DNA from: a virus
Lineage: Duplodnaviria > Heunggongvirae > Uroviricota > Caudoviricetes
Virus record (IMG/VR): IMGVR_UViG_3300029935_000001
Coordinates: 32,001 to 96,000 of that record
Direction: 5' to 3' (one strand)
Length of the DNA: 64,000 nt
Part shown: piece by piece, positions 18,195 to 27,514 of the stretch
Layout of the letters: each line of letters starts with the position of its first letter
Numbering within the stretch: the first letter of the stretch is position 1
Program-made: the position numbers and the translations under genes
Notes under the pieces: model-generated
What the model saw: only the letters and a program-made list of their open reading frames with translations
The model's database searches: none
What the model was told of the DNA's origin: nothing

Positions 18195-18530
18195 ATGAAC
18201 ATGAACGACATCGACCGCTACAACCGAGTCCAAGAGCAGCTGGCTCACTACGGACTTACTGCTCGACGAGCGCCGAACTTCTACGATCGCATCAGTATCG
18301 GACCTATCGACGACCAAAGCTGCCCACCGTTTAGTGGCGGCGGTCATCTGGTTATGTTGTCTACATTTGAGGAGGTCGAGACTTGGCTGATTGGGTTCAT
18401 GAACGCCAGCATGGTATACTCGGCACTTGGCTTTGATCGCAAAAAAGTAGCAAAGGCCCAAGATCGACTGCGCAAGCAGCAGCTCATGGACACCCTCCGC
18501 AATCAAGAAAAAGAAGGAAATAACGAATAG
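18195..18530 (+). CDS. hypothetical protein
   Basis: ORF track; phage-like codon usage. Confidence 0.7.
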   Translation: MNMNDIDRYNRVQEQLAHYGLTARRAPNFYDRISIGPIDDQSCPPFSGGGHLVMLSTFEEVETWLIGFMNASMVYSALGFDRKKVAKAQDRLRKQQLMDTLRNQEKEGNNE

Positions 18531-18536
18531 TTAGCA

Positions 18537-18565
18537 TTGACAAATGCCAACTGCCCAAGTATAAT
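18537..18565 (+). promoter_or_regulatory. sigma70 early promoter
   Basis: TTGACA-17-TATAAT; shares AGTATAATAACAACAT with the 13557 promoter. Confidence 0.85.
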
Positions 18566-18596
18566 AACAACATCAACTAACAATCAAGGATGCGTA

Positions 18597-19868
18597 ATGG
18601 CTACTACTACTGCTGTCAAAGATAAGATCGCGAGCTTCACTGGCCCGATGGACTCGGCTATCGATCGTCAAGCTCGCGAAAAGCTGGTCACTGCGCGAAT
18701 CGGCATGCTGCTCCGCGCACCGTTCTTTGGCAACCTTGCTACGCGCATGAAGCTCATTAACGCCGACGAGTGGCTGTCAACTGCTGCTACCGACGGCCGG
18801 AACTTCTATTACAACAGCCGGTTCATCATGGCGCTGCAGACCAAGGAAGTTGAGTTCCTTGTTGGCCACGAACTGCTTCATGCATGCTACGACCATATGG
18901 GACGGCGCGGTCATCGCGATGCCCAACTGTATAACATCGCGTGTGACTACGCGGTCAATGCCGACCTCGTCAAGCACCGTGTGGGTGTGAAGATCACCAC
19001 GGTGCCTTGCCTACACGACGCCAAGTACGACGGCATGAGCTCGGAAGAAATCTACGACAAGCTGTACGAAGAGGCCGACAAGATTGACCTCCAGTCGCTG
19101 CTTGACCAACTACTCGACGACCACATGGACGGCGATGATGGCGCTGGCAACGGCGAAGGCGAAGGCGACCAGCAAGGTGGCAAGGGCAGTCGCCCAGCCA
19201 AGCTAAGTGCCGAAGAAAAGGCTCAGATCCGTGACGAGCTGCGTGAAGCGATGATCGCTGCTGCGCAACAGGCTGGTGCCGGCAACGTCCCCGGCGGTTT
19301 GGCACGTATCATCAAGGACCTTACCGAGCCCAAGATGAACTGGCGTGAACTGCTTCGTCAACAGCTCGAAAGCACTATCCGGTCTGACTACTCCTGGATG
19401 CGGCCGTCCAAGCGCGGCTGGCACCTTGACGCTGTAATGCCCGGCATGATGCCCGGGGAGATGGTCGACATTGCTGTAGCCCTTGATGCTTCGGGTTCGA
19501 TCTCGCACTCGATGCTAACCGACTTCCTCACTGAAATCAAAGGCATTATGGACCAGTTTGATTCGTACAAGATCCATGTGCTCACGTTCGACACCCAAGT
19601 GTATAACCCGCAGGTTTATACGTCCGACAACCTCGACGACATTACCGAATACCAGCTCGCCGGCGGCGGCGGCACGTCGTTCGAGTGTGTTACCGACTTC
19701 CTCAAGAACGAAAACATTGAGCCCAAGCGGCTTGTGTGGCTGACCGACGGGTACCCTTGCGGTTCGTGGGGCGACGAGAACCTTTGCGATCAGCTCTTTA
19801 TCATCCACGGCAACAACAAGATTGTAGCCCCGTGGGGCCAGACCGCGTACTTTGACCATGCCAACTAA
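18597..19868 (+). CDS. metallopeptidase-like + vWA domain protein (DUF2201-like), MoxR partner
   Basis: TAATDG, HELLH (HExxH), NIACDYAVN, MIDAS DASGS, GGGGTSF, LTDG. Confidence 0.88.
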   Translation: MATTTAVKDKIASFTGPMDSAIDRQAREKLVTARIGMLLRAPFFGNLATRMKLINADEWLSTAATDGRNFYYNSRFIMALQTKEVEFLVGHELLHACYDHMGRRGHRDAQLYNIACDYAVNADLVKHRVGVKITTVPCLHDAKYDGMSSEEIYDKLYEEADKIDLQSLLDQLLDDHMDGDDGAGNGEGEGDQQGGKGSRPAKLSAEEKAQIRDELREAMIAAAQQAGAGNVPGGLARIIKDLTEPKMNWRELLRQQLESTIRSDYSWMRPSKRGWHLDAVMPGMMPGEMVDIAVALDASGSISHSMLTDFLTEIKGIMDQFDSYKIHVLTFDTQVYNPQVYTSDNLDDITEYQLAGGGGTSFECVTDFLKNENIEPKRLVWLTDGYPCGSWGDENLCDQLFIIHGNNKIVAPWGQTAYFDHAN

Positions 19869-19875
19869 CAAGGAA

Positions 19876-19891
19876 AGGGGCTTCGGCCCCT
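19876..19891 (+). terminator. GC hairpin (weak terminator or stabiliser; no U-tract)
   Basis: AGGGGC-TTCG-GCCCCT; same core as the 1456 hairpin. Confidence 0.5.
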
Positions 19892-19897
19892 GCTACT

Positions 19898-20209
19898 ATG
19901 CCGATTACTGTGCCCATCGACGACATTGTATTTGCGTGGAATAACTATCTCGAGTGTATTCACCGCCAGTATTATCTCGAGCATGGTACTGCAGACTGTC
20001 AACGTACAGGGCACTGGCCAAACTGGCGCAGGTATTTTAAGGCCTGTGCCAAGCGAGACTATGACATCACCGTGCTAGATAACAAAGGCCGTCCGTTGGG
20101 GCTGCACCAAAACACCAGCATCGGTTCGTTTGTGTTTGCTGACGAAGGTATGCTTACACAGTTTTTGCTCAAATACAGTGATATAAAGGAACCTTATGAA
20201 AGTTTTTGA
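19898..20209 (+). CDS. small hypothetical protein (paralog family)
   Basis: FADEGMLTQFLLKY near C-terminus. Confidence 0.65.
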   Translation: MPITVPIDDIVFAWNNYLECIHRQYYLEHGTADCQRTGHWPNWRRYFKACAKRDYDITVLDNKGRPLGLHQNTSIGSFVFADEGMLTQFLLKYSDIKEPYESF

Positions 20210-20429
20210 AGAGTTTGAAGACGTGTCTGGCATGCTCGCATGCCGCAAAAAACCAGTAGTTGTTCATTATAAAGAAATCAACGAGGAGTTCCGTGTAAAA
20301 ACCCTCGAGGGCGAGATGCGCGGCAAGCCTGGCGATTTCTTGATGCGAGGAATCAATGGCGAGCTATACGTCCACGACCGTGAACTGTTTTTTAAAGCGT
20401 ACGACGTCCTCAACAATGCCAACACCTAA
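20196..20429 (+). CDS. PGDYG-like small protein
   Basis: TLEGEMRGKPGDFLMRGINGELY. Confidence 0.65.
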   Translation: MKVFEEFEDVSGMLACRKKPVVVHYKEINEEFRVKTLEGEMRGKPGDFLMRGINGELYVHDRELFFKAYDVLNNANT

Positions 20430-20658
20430 CCATCTAACTTGGACTATTGCCGAAGATGATCCAATGATCCTTGAGATCAAGGATCAAACAACCAAGCAGG
20501 TCCTAATGCGCATCTTCCTCGGCGAAGCCATGGAAGCGGCCGGGAAAGAAGCAGTAATGGCCCATGTTGCCGAGTGCAATCGATCTATGTGGATCACCAG
20601 TTGGCATCAAAACACCAATAATCCAAAATGTCAAGTATGGACAGCCATTTCGAGCTAA
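20416..20658 (+). CDS. hypothetical protein
   Basis: overlapping operon packing. Confidence 0.5.
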   Translation: MPTPNHLTWTIAEDDPMILEIKDQTTKQVLMRIFLGEAMEAAGKEAVMAHVAECNRSMWITSWHQNTNNPKCQVWTAISS

Positions 20659-20930
20659 GCGGCTGGTTTGGCGAGCTCGAACCCAAAGATATTGCAGATT
20701 ATCACCATCAACGCCAACTATCGTTTATTCCTACGCACTTTATAACCTGCGCTACTGAAAAAAATAAAACCGAAGTCTTTGACTGGATATATACACATGC
20801 AAACGGACGTTTTGCTGTAGTAGAGCAGGCTGTGCCGCACCCAGCAACCCCGCACCTAAAAATAACCCGCGTTGTAGCAGGCTTTGAAGATCCCAACGAC
20901 GCTCTGCTATTCTCTCTTTCATTTACATAA
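20628..20930 (+). CDS. small hypothetical protein (paralog family)
   Basis: WIYTHANGRF...GFEDPNDALLFSL. Confidence 0.7.
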   Translation: MSSMDSHFELSGWFGELEPKDIADYHHQRQLSFIPTHFITCATEKNKTEVFDWIYTHANGRFAVVEQAVPHPATPHLKITRVVAGFEDPNDALLFSLSFT

Positions 20931-20940
20931 AGGAAAAACT

Positions 20941-21192
20941 ATGACCCAAGAAAACGCCACTCATGAAACCGTCGCGCAAGAACAAATTGCAGGATTTACT
21001 GTCCAGGACCTGGTTACGGTTAAGAGCATCATCGAAGTTGCTTCTACACGTGGCGCGTTTAAGGCCGACGAACTACAAACCGTAGGCAACACTTACACCA
21101 AGCTTGCTGCTTTCTTGGCCCAAGTGGAAGCTGCCCAAGGCGCTGCCGACGAACAAGAAGTAGCTAGCGAAGAAGTTGAGGGCGCTAAGTAA
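20941..21192 (+). CDS. hypothetical protein
   Basis: AAGGA SD; IIEVASTRGAFKADEL. Confidence 0.75.
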   Translation: MTQENATHETVAQEQIAGFTVQDLVTVKSIIEVASTRGAFKADELQTVGNTYTKLAAFLAQVEAAQGAADEQEVASEEVEGAK

Positions 21193-21851
21193 TGTTTCTA
21201 AAACACATTGGTAAAAACGGCGATCGCAAAGTTGCTATTGTATTTCGCGAAGTACCGGGCGAAGAACACATGGCCCTTGTGCTATATCCAGAAACCTTGC
21301 CGCGGCATATCCACGATTCGGTCATGAAGGTAATCGAATCTCCCGAGGGTCAAACGTCAGAGACCCTCGGCGATGCGATGTTCCGCTCGTTGCTGGCTGA
21401 TGGCAGGCCTATGCTCGAAACCCTTCACAAAGAAGGTATGATTAAAAAGGTGCAAACTGCGCAAATCGTAGTAACCCCAAACGCTAAGAGCCACGTTCGC
21501 CTCGACGAGCTCAACAAAGTTATCAACGAACTCCGAACCGGCGAAAAGGCCAAGGAGCGGATGGAAGAACTTGACATTAACTCCGGGTTGGTCGATTCGA
21601 CTAGTAAGCGGCGCGAAGCTCGCGCCGTAACGGAAATGCCGTTTGTTGCACCAGCAGACGGAGTGCTAGATGACGCTGCAATTGCAACTAACTTGCTTAA
21701 ACAGGCCGATCAAATCCGAAACCAGGTTACTGGATTGTTAGCAGAAGCTGATCGCTTGACTAAAGAAGCTGCTGCACTGATGCCAAATGCAGCACCCGAG
21801 GCGCCTAAAAGCAAGCGCGGTCGTAAAAGCGTCAAAGTTGCTGTTGAGTAA
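21192..21851 (+). CDS. hypothetical phage protein
   Basis: TAATG overlap; 219-aa ORF. Confidence 0.8.
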   Translation: MFLKHIGKNGDRKVAIVFREVPGEEHMALVLYPETLPRHIHDSVMKVIESPEGQTSETLGDAMFRSLLADGRPMLETLHKEGMIKKVQTAQIVVTPNAKSHVRLDELNKVINELRTGEKAKERMEELDINSGLVDSTSKRREARAVTEMPFVAPADGVLDDAAIATNLLKQADQIRNQVTGLLAEADRLTKEAAALMPNAAPEAPKSKRGRKSVKVAVE

Positions 21852-21853
21852 AT

Positions 21854-22159
21854 ATGCACTATCTATCCGACGACTTTGTCAAAAAGTGGGAAGATATTGT
21901 TTCGGGCGTTGAACCAACAAGTGTGCCGCTTGAGTGCATCGAGCGGCTCATTATCAAGCTACCCAATCGAAAGCGCAAAACTATTAACCTCCAGACTCTT
22001 CGAAAACACGGTCTCACCAACGAGGAGCTAGAGCAGGTTATTAGCCGCACTCTCACCGAGTACGAAGCAGACCTTGTTAATGTTAGCTTCTACATCAACG
22101 TCGAGCTAGTAGCCGAGTTGGTTCAGCCTGTAACAGATTCAGTCCTTAAGGAACTATGA
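21854..22159 (+). CDS. hypothetical phage protein
   Basis: ORF track; ATGA overlap with DHFR. Confidence 0.75.
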   Translation: MHYLSDDFVKKWEDIVSGVEPTSVPLECIERLIIKLPNRKRKTINLQTLRKHGLTNEELEQVISRTLTEYEADLVNVSFYINVELVAELVQPVTDSVLKEL

Positions 22160-22629
22160 AAGCAATCTTTGCAATAGACCAAGAGGGGGGAATGGGCAAG
22201 GACGGTAAGCTACCGTGGCCAAAGATGAAGGGCGACCTTGCCCATTTTGCTAGACTAACCACCGGCGGCACTGTTATAATGGGACGGGGCACCTACGAGA
22301 GCAGCGACATGCCGTGTCCATTACCTAACCGTAAGAATGTGGTGCTGAGCAAAACTCTCCCGCGAGTGAAGCCCGGCATGGCGTTGTGCCGATCGGTTGA
22401 TGACCTCACCGAGTATGGCGATGCGGCTTGGGTCATTGGCGGCGCAGGCGTGCTCCACGAGCTATGGCCTGTAATCACCGAGGCTTACGTAACGGTGGTG
22501 AATGGCAAGTTCGCTGCTGACGCTCAGTTCAACATCGCGCTACTCGACGAGCTTGAAACAGTCGGCATTGAATCCAGCAACGAACACTTTACTATCAAAC
22601 ACATGAAACGACCATGCAGCAATACCTAA
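22156..22629 (+). CDS. folA: dihydrofolate reductase
   Basis: GMGKDGKLPW, VIMGRGTYES, LPNRKNVVLS, VIGGAG. Confidence 0.92.
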   Translation: MKAIFAIDQEGGMGKDGKLPWPKMKGDLAHFARLTTGGTVIMGRGTYESSDMPCPLPNRKNVVLSKTLPRVKPGMALCRSVDDLTEYGDAAWVIGGAGVLHELWPVITEAYVTVVNGKFAADAQFNIALLDELETVGIESSNEHFTIKHMKRPCSNT

Positions 22630-22685
22630 AAGACCTACAATATATCTTAGAGCATGGCGAACTGCGGCTGCGGCTAGACTTATGA
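22614..22685 (+). pseudogene. relic 5' end of thymidylate synthase (23 codons)
   Basis: MQQYLKDLQYILEHGE... vs intact thyA MQQYLDNLRYILDNGE. Confidence 0.85.
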
Positions 22686-22714
22686 ACAATTAGTGTCTTT
22701 GGCATAAATAGCGT

Positions 22715-23482
22715 ATGAACTATTATGCCATCTACTATCGTCTTATGGACCGAGCCAAAAACAGAATATTGTCAGCTGAATACCTCGAGACGCACCATAT
22801 TATCCCCAGGTGTCTCGGCGGCACTGACGCCCACGAAAACCTAATTCAACTAACTCCCGAAGAGCACTACATAGCGCACCAATTATTGACTAGAATATAC
22901 CCAAACAACAAAAAGATAATTTTTGCAGCCCACATGATGACTGTTGGCTTAAGGACCCATAGAAAAAATAAAGCCTACGGGTGGTTGCGCAAAAAAATGT
23001 CCGAGACTTCTAGCGGTGCCGGAAACCATATGTTTGGAAAAAAACACTCCCCTGACAGAAAGAAAAAATCTGCTAGGTACGGCGAGCAGAATGCTTTTTT
23101 TGGAAAAAAGCATTCAGTTGAATCTCGCAAAAAAATGTCTGACTCAAAGCGCGGCCGGCCCGGACTGCGCGCCGAGAAAAACGGAATGTATGGGAAAAAG
23201 CATTCTCAAGAGACCAAAGATAAAATCAGCCGAAATAATCCATACACAGGCACCGCAAGGACAGGACTTCATCCTAACACAGGCAGACCGTGCCCAGAAG
23301 AGTTAAAGGAACACTGTAAAAAGCTATTTACAGGTAAGAAAATTAAAGAAGAGGTTAGACTACGACTTATGAAGCCAAAGGGCCCACAGAAGATAGTAGT
23401 TTGCCCGCATTGCGGCAAACAAGGCGGCATATCTAACTTAACTAGATACCACTTCAATAACTGCAAACACAAGGTCACATAA
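22715..23482 (+). mobile_element. HNH homing endonuclease with NUMOD3 repeats and C-terminal Zn ribbon
   Basis: ETHHIIPRCLGG...NLIQLTPEEHYIAH; FGKKHS repeats; CPHCGK. Confidence 0.88.
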
Positions 23483-24327
23483 TGCAACAGTATTTAGATA
23501 ACTTACGCTATATTTTAGATAACGGCGAAAAAAGAAGCTGCCGCACAGGAACCGGCACCATTGGCGTGTTTGGGATGCAATCACGCTATGATCTACGTCA
23601 GGGGTTTCCTGCAGTCACTACCAAGCGGCTTGCGTGGCGTGCGATGCTCAGCGAGCTGTTGTGGTTTATTGAAGGTAGCGGCGACGAGCGGCGACTAGCA
23701 GAAATCTTACACGGCACGCGCGATCCTGCAAAGAAGACCATTTGGACTGCCAACGCCGAAGCCGAGTACTGGAAACCAAAGGCTCGTCACGAAGGCGACC
23801 TTGGTAATATCTACGGTGTGATGTGGCGTAGTTGGCCAAATGCGCGCGGCACAGTAGACCAACTACAAAGACTCATCGACGGAATCCAGCGCGACCCGTA
23901 TAGCCGCCGCCACATTCTCACTGCTTGGAATCCAGGCGAGCTCGATCAAATGGCACTACCACCTTGCCACATCATGTCGCAGTTCTACGTAAGCAAACGC
24001 GGCGAGCTGTCTTGCCAGATGTATCAGCGCAGCGGGGATTGGTTCTTGGGGATTCCATTTAACATTGCTAGTTATAGCTTACTAACTCATATGATTGCGC
24101 AAGTATGCGGACTGTCTGTTGGAGAGTTTATTCACACCGTTGGCGATGCTCATTGTTATGTCAACCATTTAGAACAAATCAAAACACAGCTAGGCCGTTC
24201 ACCTTTGCCTCTGCCAACTTTATGGCTTAACCCTAATGTAAAAGAGATCACTGGATTCACAATGAATGACATAAAACTCATCGATTATACTTCTCACGGT
24301 GGCCTACCTGCCCAAATGGCTGTATGA
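23482..24327 (+). CDS. thyA: thymidylate synthase
   Basis: RTGTG, TTK, ELLWF, YG..WR, SRR, MALPPCH, QRSGD, PFNIASY, GDAH. Confidence 0.97.
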   Translation: MQQYLDNLRYILDNGEKRSCRTGTGTIGVFGMQSRYDLRQGFPAVTTKRLAWRAMLSELLWFIEGSGDERRLAEILHGTRDPAKKTIWTANAEAEYWKPKARHEGDLGNIYGVMWRSWPNARGTVDQLQRLIDGIQRDPYSRRHILTAWNPGELDQMALPPCHIMSQFYVSKRGELSCQMYQRSGDWFLGIPFNIASYSLLTHMIAQVCGLSVGEFIHTVGDAHCYVNHLEQIKTQLGRSPLPLPTLWLNPNVKEITGFTMNDIKLIDYTSHGGLPAQMAV

Positions 24328-24352
24328 ATCTACTTCTGAGATACATATATGT

Positions 24353-25147
24353 ATGACCACATATATCAAACCATACACATACATCGCAATACACAAGGTG
24401 TCGGGGTACTTTTATTATGGAGTACGATTATCAAACAAAGTCCCAGCTACACGTGACCTTGGTGTTTTGTATTTTACGTCATCAAAAACTGTAAAAACTA
24501 TTGTCGAAGCTGAGGGTACAGACGCTTTTATTTGGATAATAAGACACGAGTTTGACGATAAAAAAAGAGCGGCTTATTGGGAATACAAAGTTATTCGTCG
24601 GATGCTTAAACACCCGAAAATTTTAAATAAGGCAGTATCGCCGATTAATGTCCCCGGTAACTGGTATACAAATGGTGAGATTAATATATTAGGAAAATAC
24701 TGTCCGATTGGGTTTGTTTCTGGCAGAACATACGTCGAAACACCTAATAAACAAGCAGGATACACAAAACAAAAGCTACGAGTTTGGTGGAATAACGGGG
24801 TAGTATCAGTCCACACAGAAATTGCGCCGGGGCCGGGATGGGTCCACGGGAGACTAAAAGCCGATCTCAAAAACTGGAATGGTTCAAAACTCGCCGGAAG
24901 ACAGTGGTGGAACAACGGCCAAGTTCATTATCGAGGCAACAACCCCCCTGACGGGTTTGTTCTTGGCAGAGTAAAGATAAAGAGGCGGGAAAAATCTGCC
25001 CCTCGGGCGGCAGAATCTAATGCCCAGCATGCTGCCAAGATGAAACTAAAAAAATGGTGGACAAACGGTACTGATGCTGTTTTTGCTGATCACTCACCAG
25101 GGCCCCATTACGTTCGTGGTCGCAAACTCAAGAAAGCATCGCTATGA
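24353..25147 (+). mobile_element. GIY-YIG-like homing endonuclease with WWNNG repeats
   Basis: YTY...FYYGVR...YFTSS; four W(W/Y)(N/T)NG repeats. Confidence 0.75.
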
Positions 25148-25410
25148 AAGTAATCATATGGGAGCGGAAGGTCGACGTCAGTGTCCTCGACGGTGACGAC
25201 TTTACTCAGCCTGAGCGAGCCGAGTTTTACGCCTGGCTCGCCGAGACCGAAGAAGGCCAGTGGGTCCGCGAAAACTTCAAGCAGCACAACTTCAAGGTAG
25301 ACGCCAGCGTGAACCACGACACTTACCAGCATCAGGTTCGCGTCTACATCGAAAGCGAACCGTCAGCCACGCTCACTGCCTACCTTCTCCGGTTTCGCCA
25401 CTCTGCTTGA
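25144..25410 (+). CDS. small hypothetical protein (paralog family)
   Basis: WLAETEEGQWVREN...ATLTAYLLRF. Confidence 0.7.
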   Translation: MKVIIWERKVDVSVLDGDDFTQPERAEFYAWLAETEEGQWVRENFKQHNFKVDASVNHDTYQHQVRVYIESEPSATLTAYLLRFRHSA

Positions 25411-25435
25411 CACTGCAGGCGACCTGCTGTATAAT
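25407..25435 (+). promoter_or_regulatory. sigma70 promoter
   Basis: TTGACA-17-TATAAT. Confidence 0.85.
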
Positions 25436-25468
25436 AGCAACTAACAACTCTAGAGTGACTCTACACAA

Positions 25469-26446
25469 ATGAATAAACCTCCCACTCGACCGTATACGAT
25501 GCTGATTGGCGGTGCCGGCTTTATTGGACAGCATCTGATTCGAATGTTCCAGCAGGCCCGGCATTATATCCACGTTGTTGACCCTGTAAAGATCTACGGA
25601 AATGGTGTTTCTAGTGACGTGTTGTTTGCTGAACGGCGGCGCCGGCTTGAGTTAGTTGAGCGTAACTGTGACGCCGTTACCGAGCAAGTCCAAGACGCTG
25701 AGTATTGCTCCCCCGACGTTATCGTATACTTAGCCGGGGTCCCGCGACACGCAGAAGCGCTGACTGCGCCAGTGGATGCTGCCCGATCTATGATTACTGA
25801 TCTGATCCGTGCATTAGAGATTGCTGCTCGGAACGGTGTTCGGCGATTTGTTTACGTCTCAAGCTCAATGGTGTACGGAGATTTTGCGGCGCCGATTCGC
25901 GAGGAGGCCCCGCTTAACCCTATAGGTATCTACGCTACCCTCAAGCGCTCAGGCGAAGAGCTAGTCAAGGATTTCGCAATGCGCAGCGGATTCGAATACG
26001 TGATCGTACGGCCCACTGCTGTCTACGGCCCTGGTGACCTACCTAACCGTGTGGTGCCCAGGTTTTTCGAGCGTGCCCTCCAAGGCCGGACCTTAAAGGT
26101 GAATGGGCGCGACGAGGTGCTAGACTTTACTTATGTAACAGACACTGCCCGCGGCATTTTTCTAGCTGCTACCGTTGACGGCGCCGAGAATGACACGTAT
26201 AATATTAGCTACGGCACCGCTACTCCAATCTATGATGTGGCCGCCAAAATAGTCGATTTGCTCGGCGAGGGAATAATTGAAGTCAAGGGCCGCCAAGCAA
26301 ACTTTCCAAGTCGACACGCACTAGACATCACAAAGGCTCAAGACAAGCTTGGGTATCGTCCGGAAGTTGACATTAACACAGGGTTAAAAAAACTAAACAA
26401 ATGGCTAACATTTCAGACGCTAAGCAAATTCCATTTTTCGGAGTAG
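25469..26446 (+). CDS. NAD-dependent nucleotide-sugar epimerase/dehydratase
   Basis: GGAGFIG, SSSMVYG, YATLK (YxxxK), AVYGPG, DFTYV. Confidence 0.9.
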   Translation: MNKPPTRPYTMLIGGAGFIGQHLIRMFQQARHYIHVVDPVKIYGNGVSSDVLFAERRRRLELVERNCDAVTEQVQDAEYCSPDVIVYLAGVPRHAEALTAPVDAARSMITDLIRALEIAARNGVRRFVYVSSSMVYGDFAAPIREEAPLNPIGIYATLKRSGEELVKDFAMRSGFEYVIVRPTAVYGPGDLPNRVVPRFFERALQGRTLKVNGRDEVLDFTYVTDTARGIFLAATVDGAENDTYNISYGTATPIYDVAAKIVDLLGEGIIEVKGRQANFPSRHALDITKAQDKLGYRPEVDINTGLKKLNKWLTFQTLSKFHFSE

Positions 26447-27504
26447 CGCGCCAAAACAAACTTCTGCAGGACAAACTTACGCCGGTGATTCAGTCTACTC
26501 TGAACTCCGGCATACTTATGAACGGGCCGAATGTAGCAGCACTTGAGACTCATCTAGCCGAGTACACCGGGTTCAAGTATGCGATTGGAGTTGCAAATTG
26601 TACTCAAGCACTCGAAAGCGTATTAGCTGCGCATACGCCCCACAACAACGAGCCGCTTAGTATTTGTATTCCTGCACTAACATACAAAGCTACCATAAAC
26701 GCAGCGATGCGGGCGCGGATGCGTCCTGTTATCCTCGACGTTGATGTCGACGGTCTTATTACTGGTAGCCCATTTGCTGGGGGAGAAACACCTGCGTTGG
26801 CATGTATAGTAGGTCTGTATGGTAACGGCACAGGGGGCTCGCCTCCTGGCATGTCGCACATTCGCGACGCAGCGCAAGACTGGCCAGTACTCAAAGAAAA
26901 TCCGTTTTATAATGGCACCGCTACTGCGTCTTTTGACCCTACTAAGAACCTATATGGAGTCGGCGGCGGCGGAATGGTCTTTACTAACTCGAACTATGTT
27001 GCTACATTTGTTCGCAGCTGGCGCGCAAACGACGGCGACCGTTTAACGGCTGGCACCAACTCCAAAATGAGCGAAGTTGATGCTGCTGTGATGCTGGCTA
27101 AGCTAGAATACTTCGACCACTGGCAGCAAAGGAGGAATATCATTGCCCGACATTGGACGCTCGCGCTCGAGCCGTATGAGGGCGTGGTGCGGCCGCTGTA
27201 CCACCGTGGGAACTGGCATTGCCATGCAGTACAGAAATACGTAATTGAGCTTACGCAAGTGGATCGCAATCTGTTCCGTAAGCACCTGTGGGACCAGGGC
27301 ATTGAGACTCGGATTCATTATGACCTGCCATTACACGAGATGATTAACTACTCGCGTTTTACCAACCCTGGGCCTCTTAGTGTAGCAAGTTGCTTAGCTC
27401 GGAAGGTAGTATCGTTACCGATTTACCCTGAGCTAAGCAACTCGGAGGCTGAGCATATTATTGCTACAGTTAAACGAGGTATCGAGCTGTATAGAACTTA
27501 TTAG
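26401..27504 (+). CDS. DegT/DnrJ/EryC1/StrS PLP sugar aminotransferase
   Basis: NCTQAL, DAAQ, SFDPTKNL, GGG, NSKMSE, SLPIYPEL. Confidence 0.88.
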   Translation: MANISDAKQIPFFGVARQNKLLQDKLTPVIQSTLNSGILMNGPNVAALETHLAEYTGFKYAIGVANCTQALESVLAAHTPHNNEPLSICIPALTYKATINAAMRARMRPVILDVDVDGLITGSPFAGGETPALACIVGLYGNGTGGSPPGMSHIRDAAQDWPVLKENPFYNGTATASFDPTKNLYGVGGGGMVFTNSNYVATFVRSWRANDGDRLTAGTNSKMSEVDAAVMLAKLEYFDHWQQRRNIIARHWTLALEPYEGVVRPLYHRGNWHCHAVQKYVIELTQVDRNLFRKHLWDQGIETRIHYDLPLHEMINYSRFTNPGPLSVASCLARKVVSLPIYPELSNSEAEHIIATVKRGIELYRTY

Positions 27505-27514
27505 TCTCAGACCT

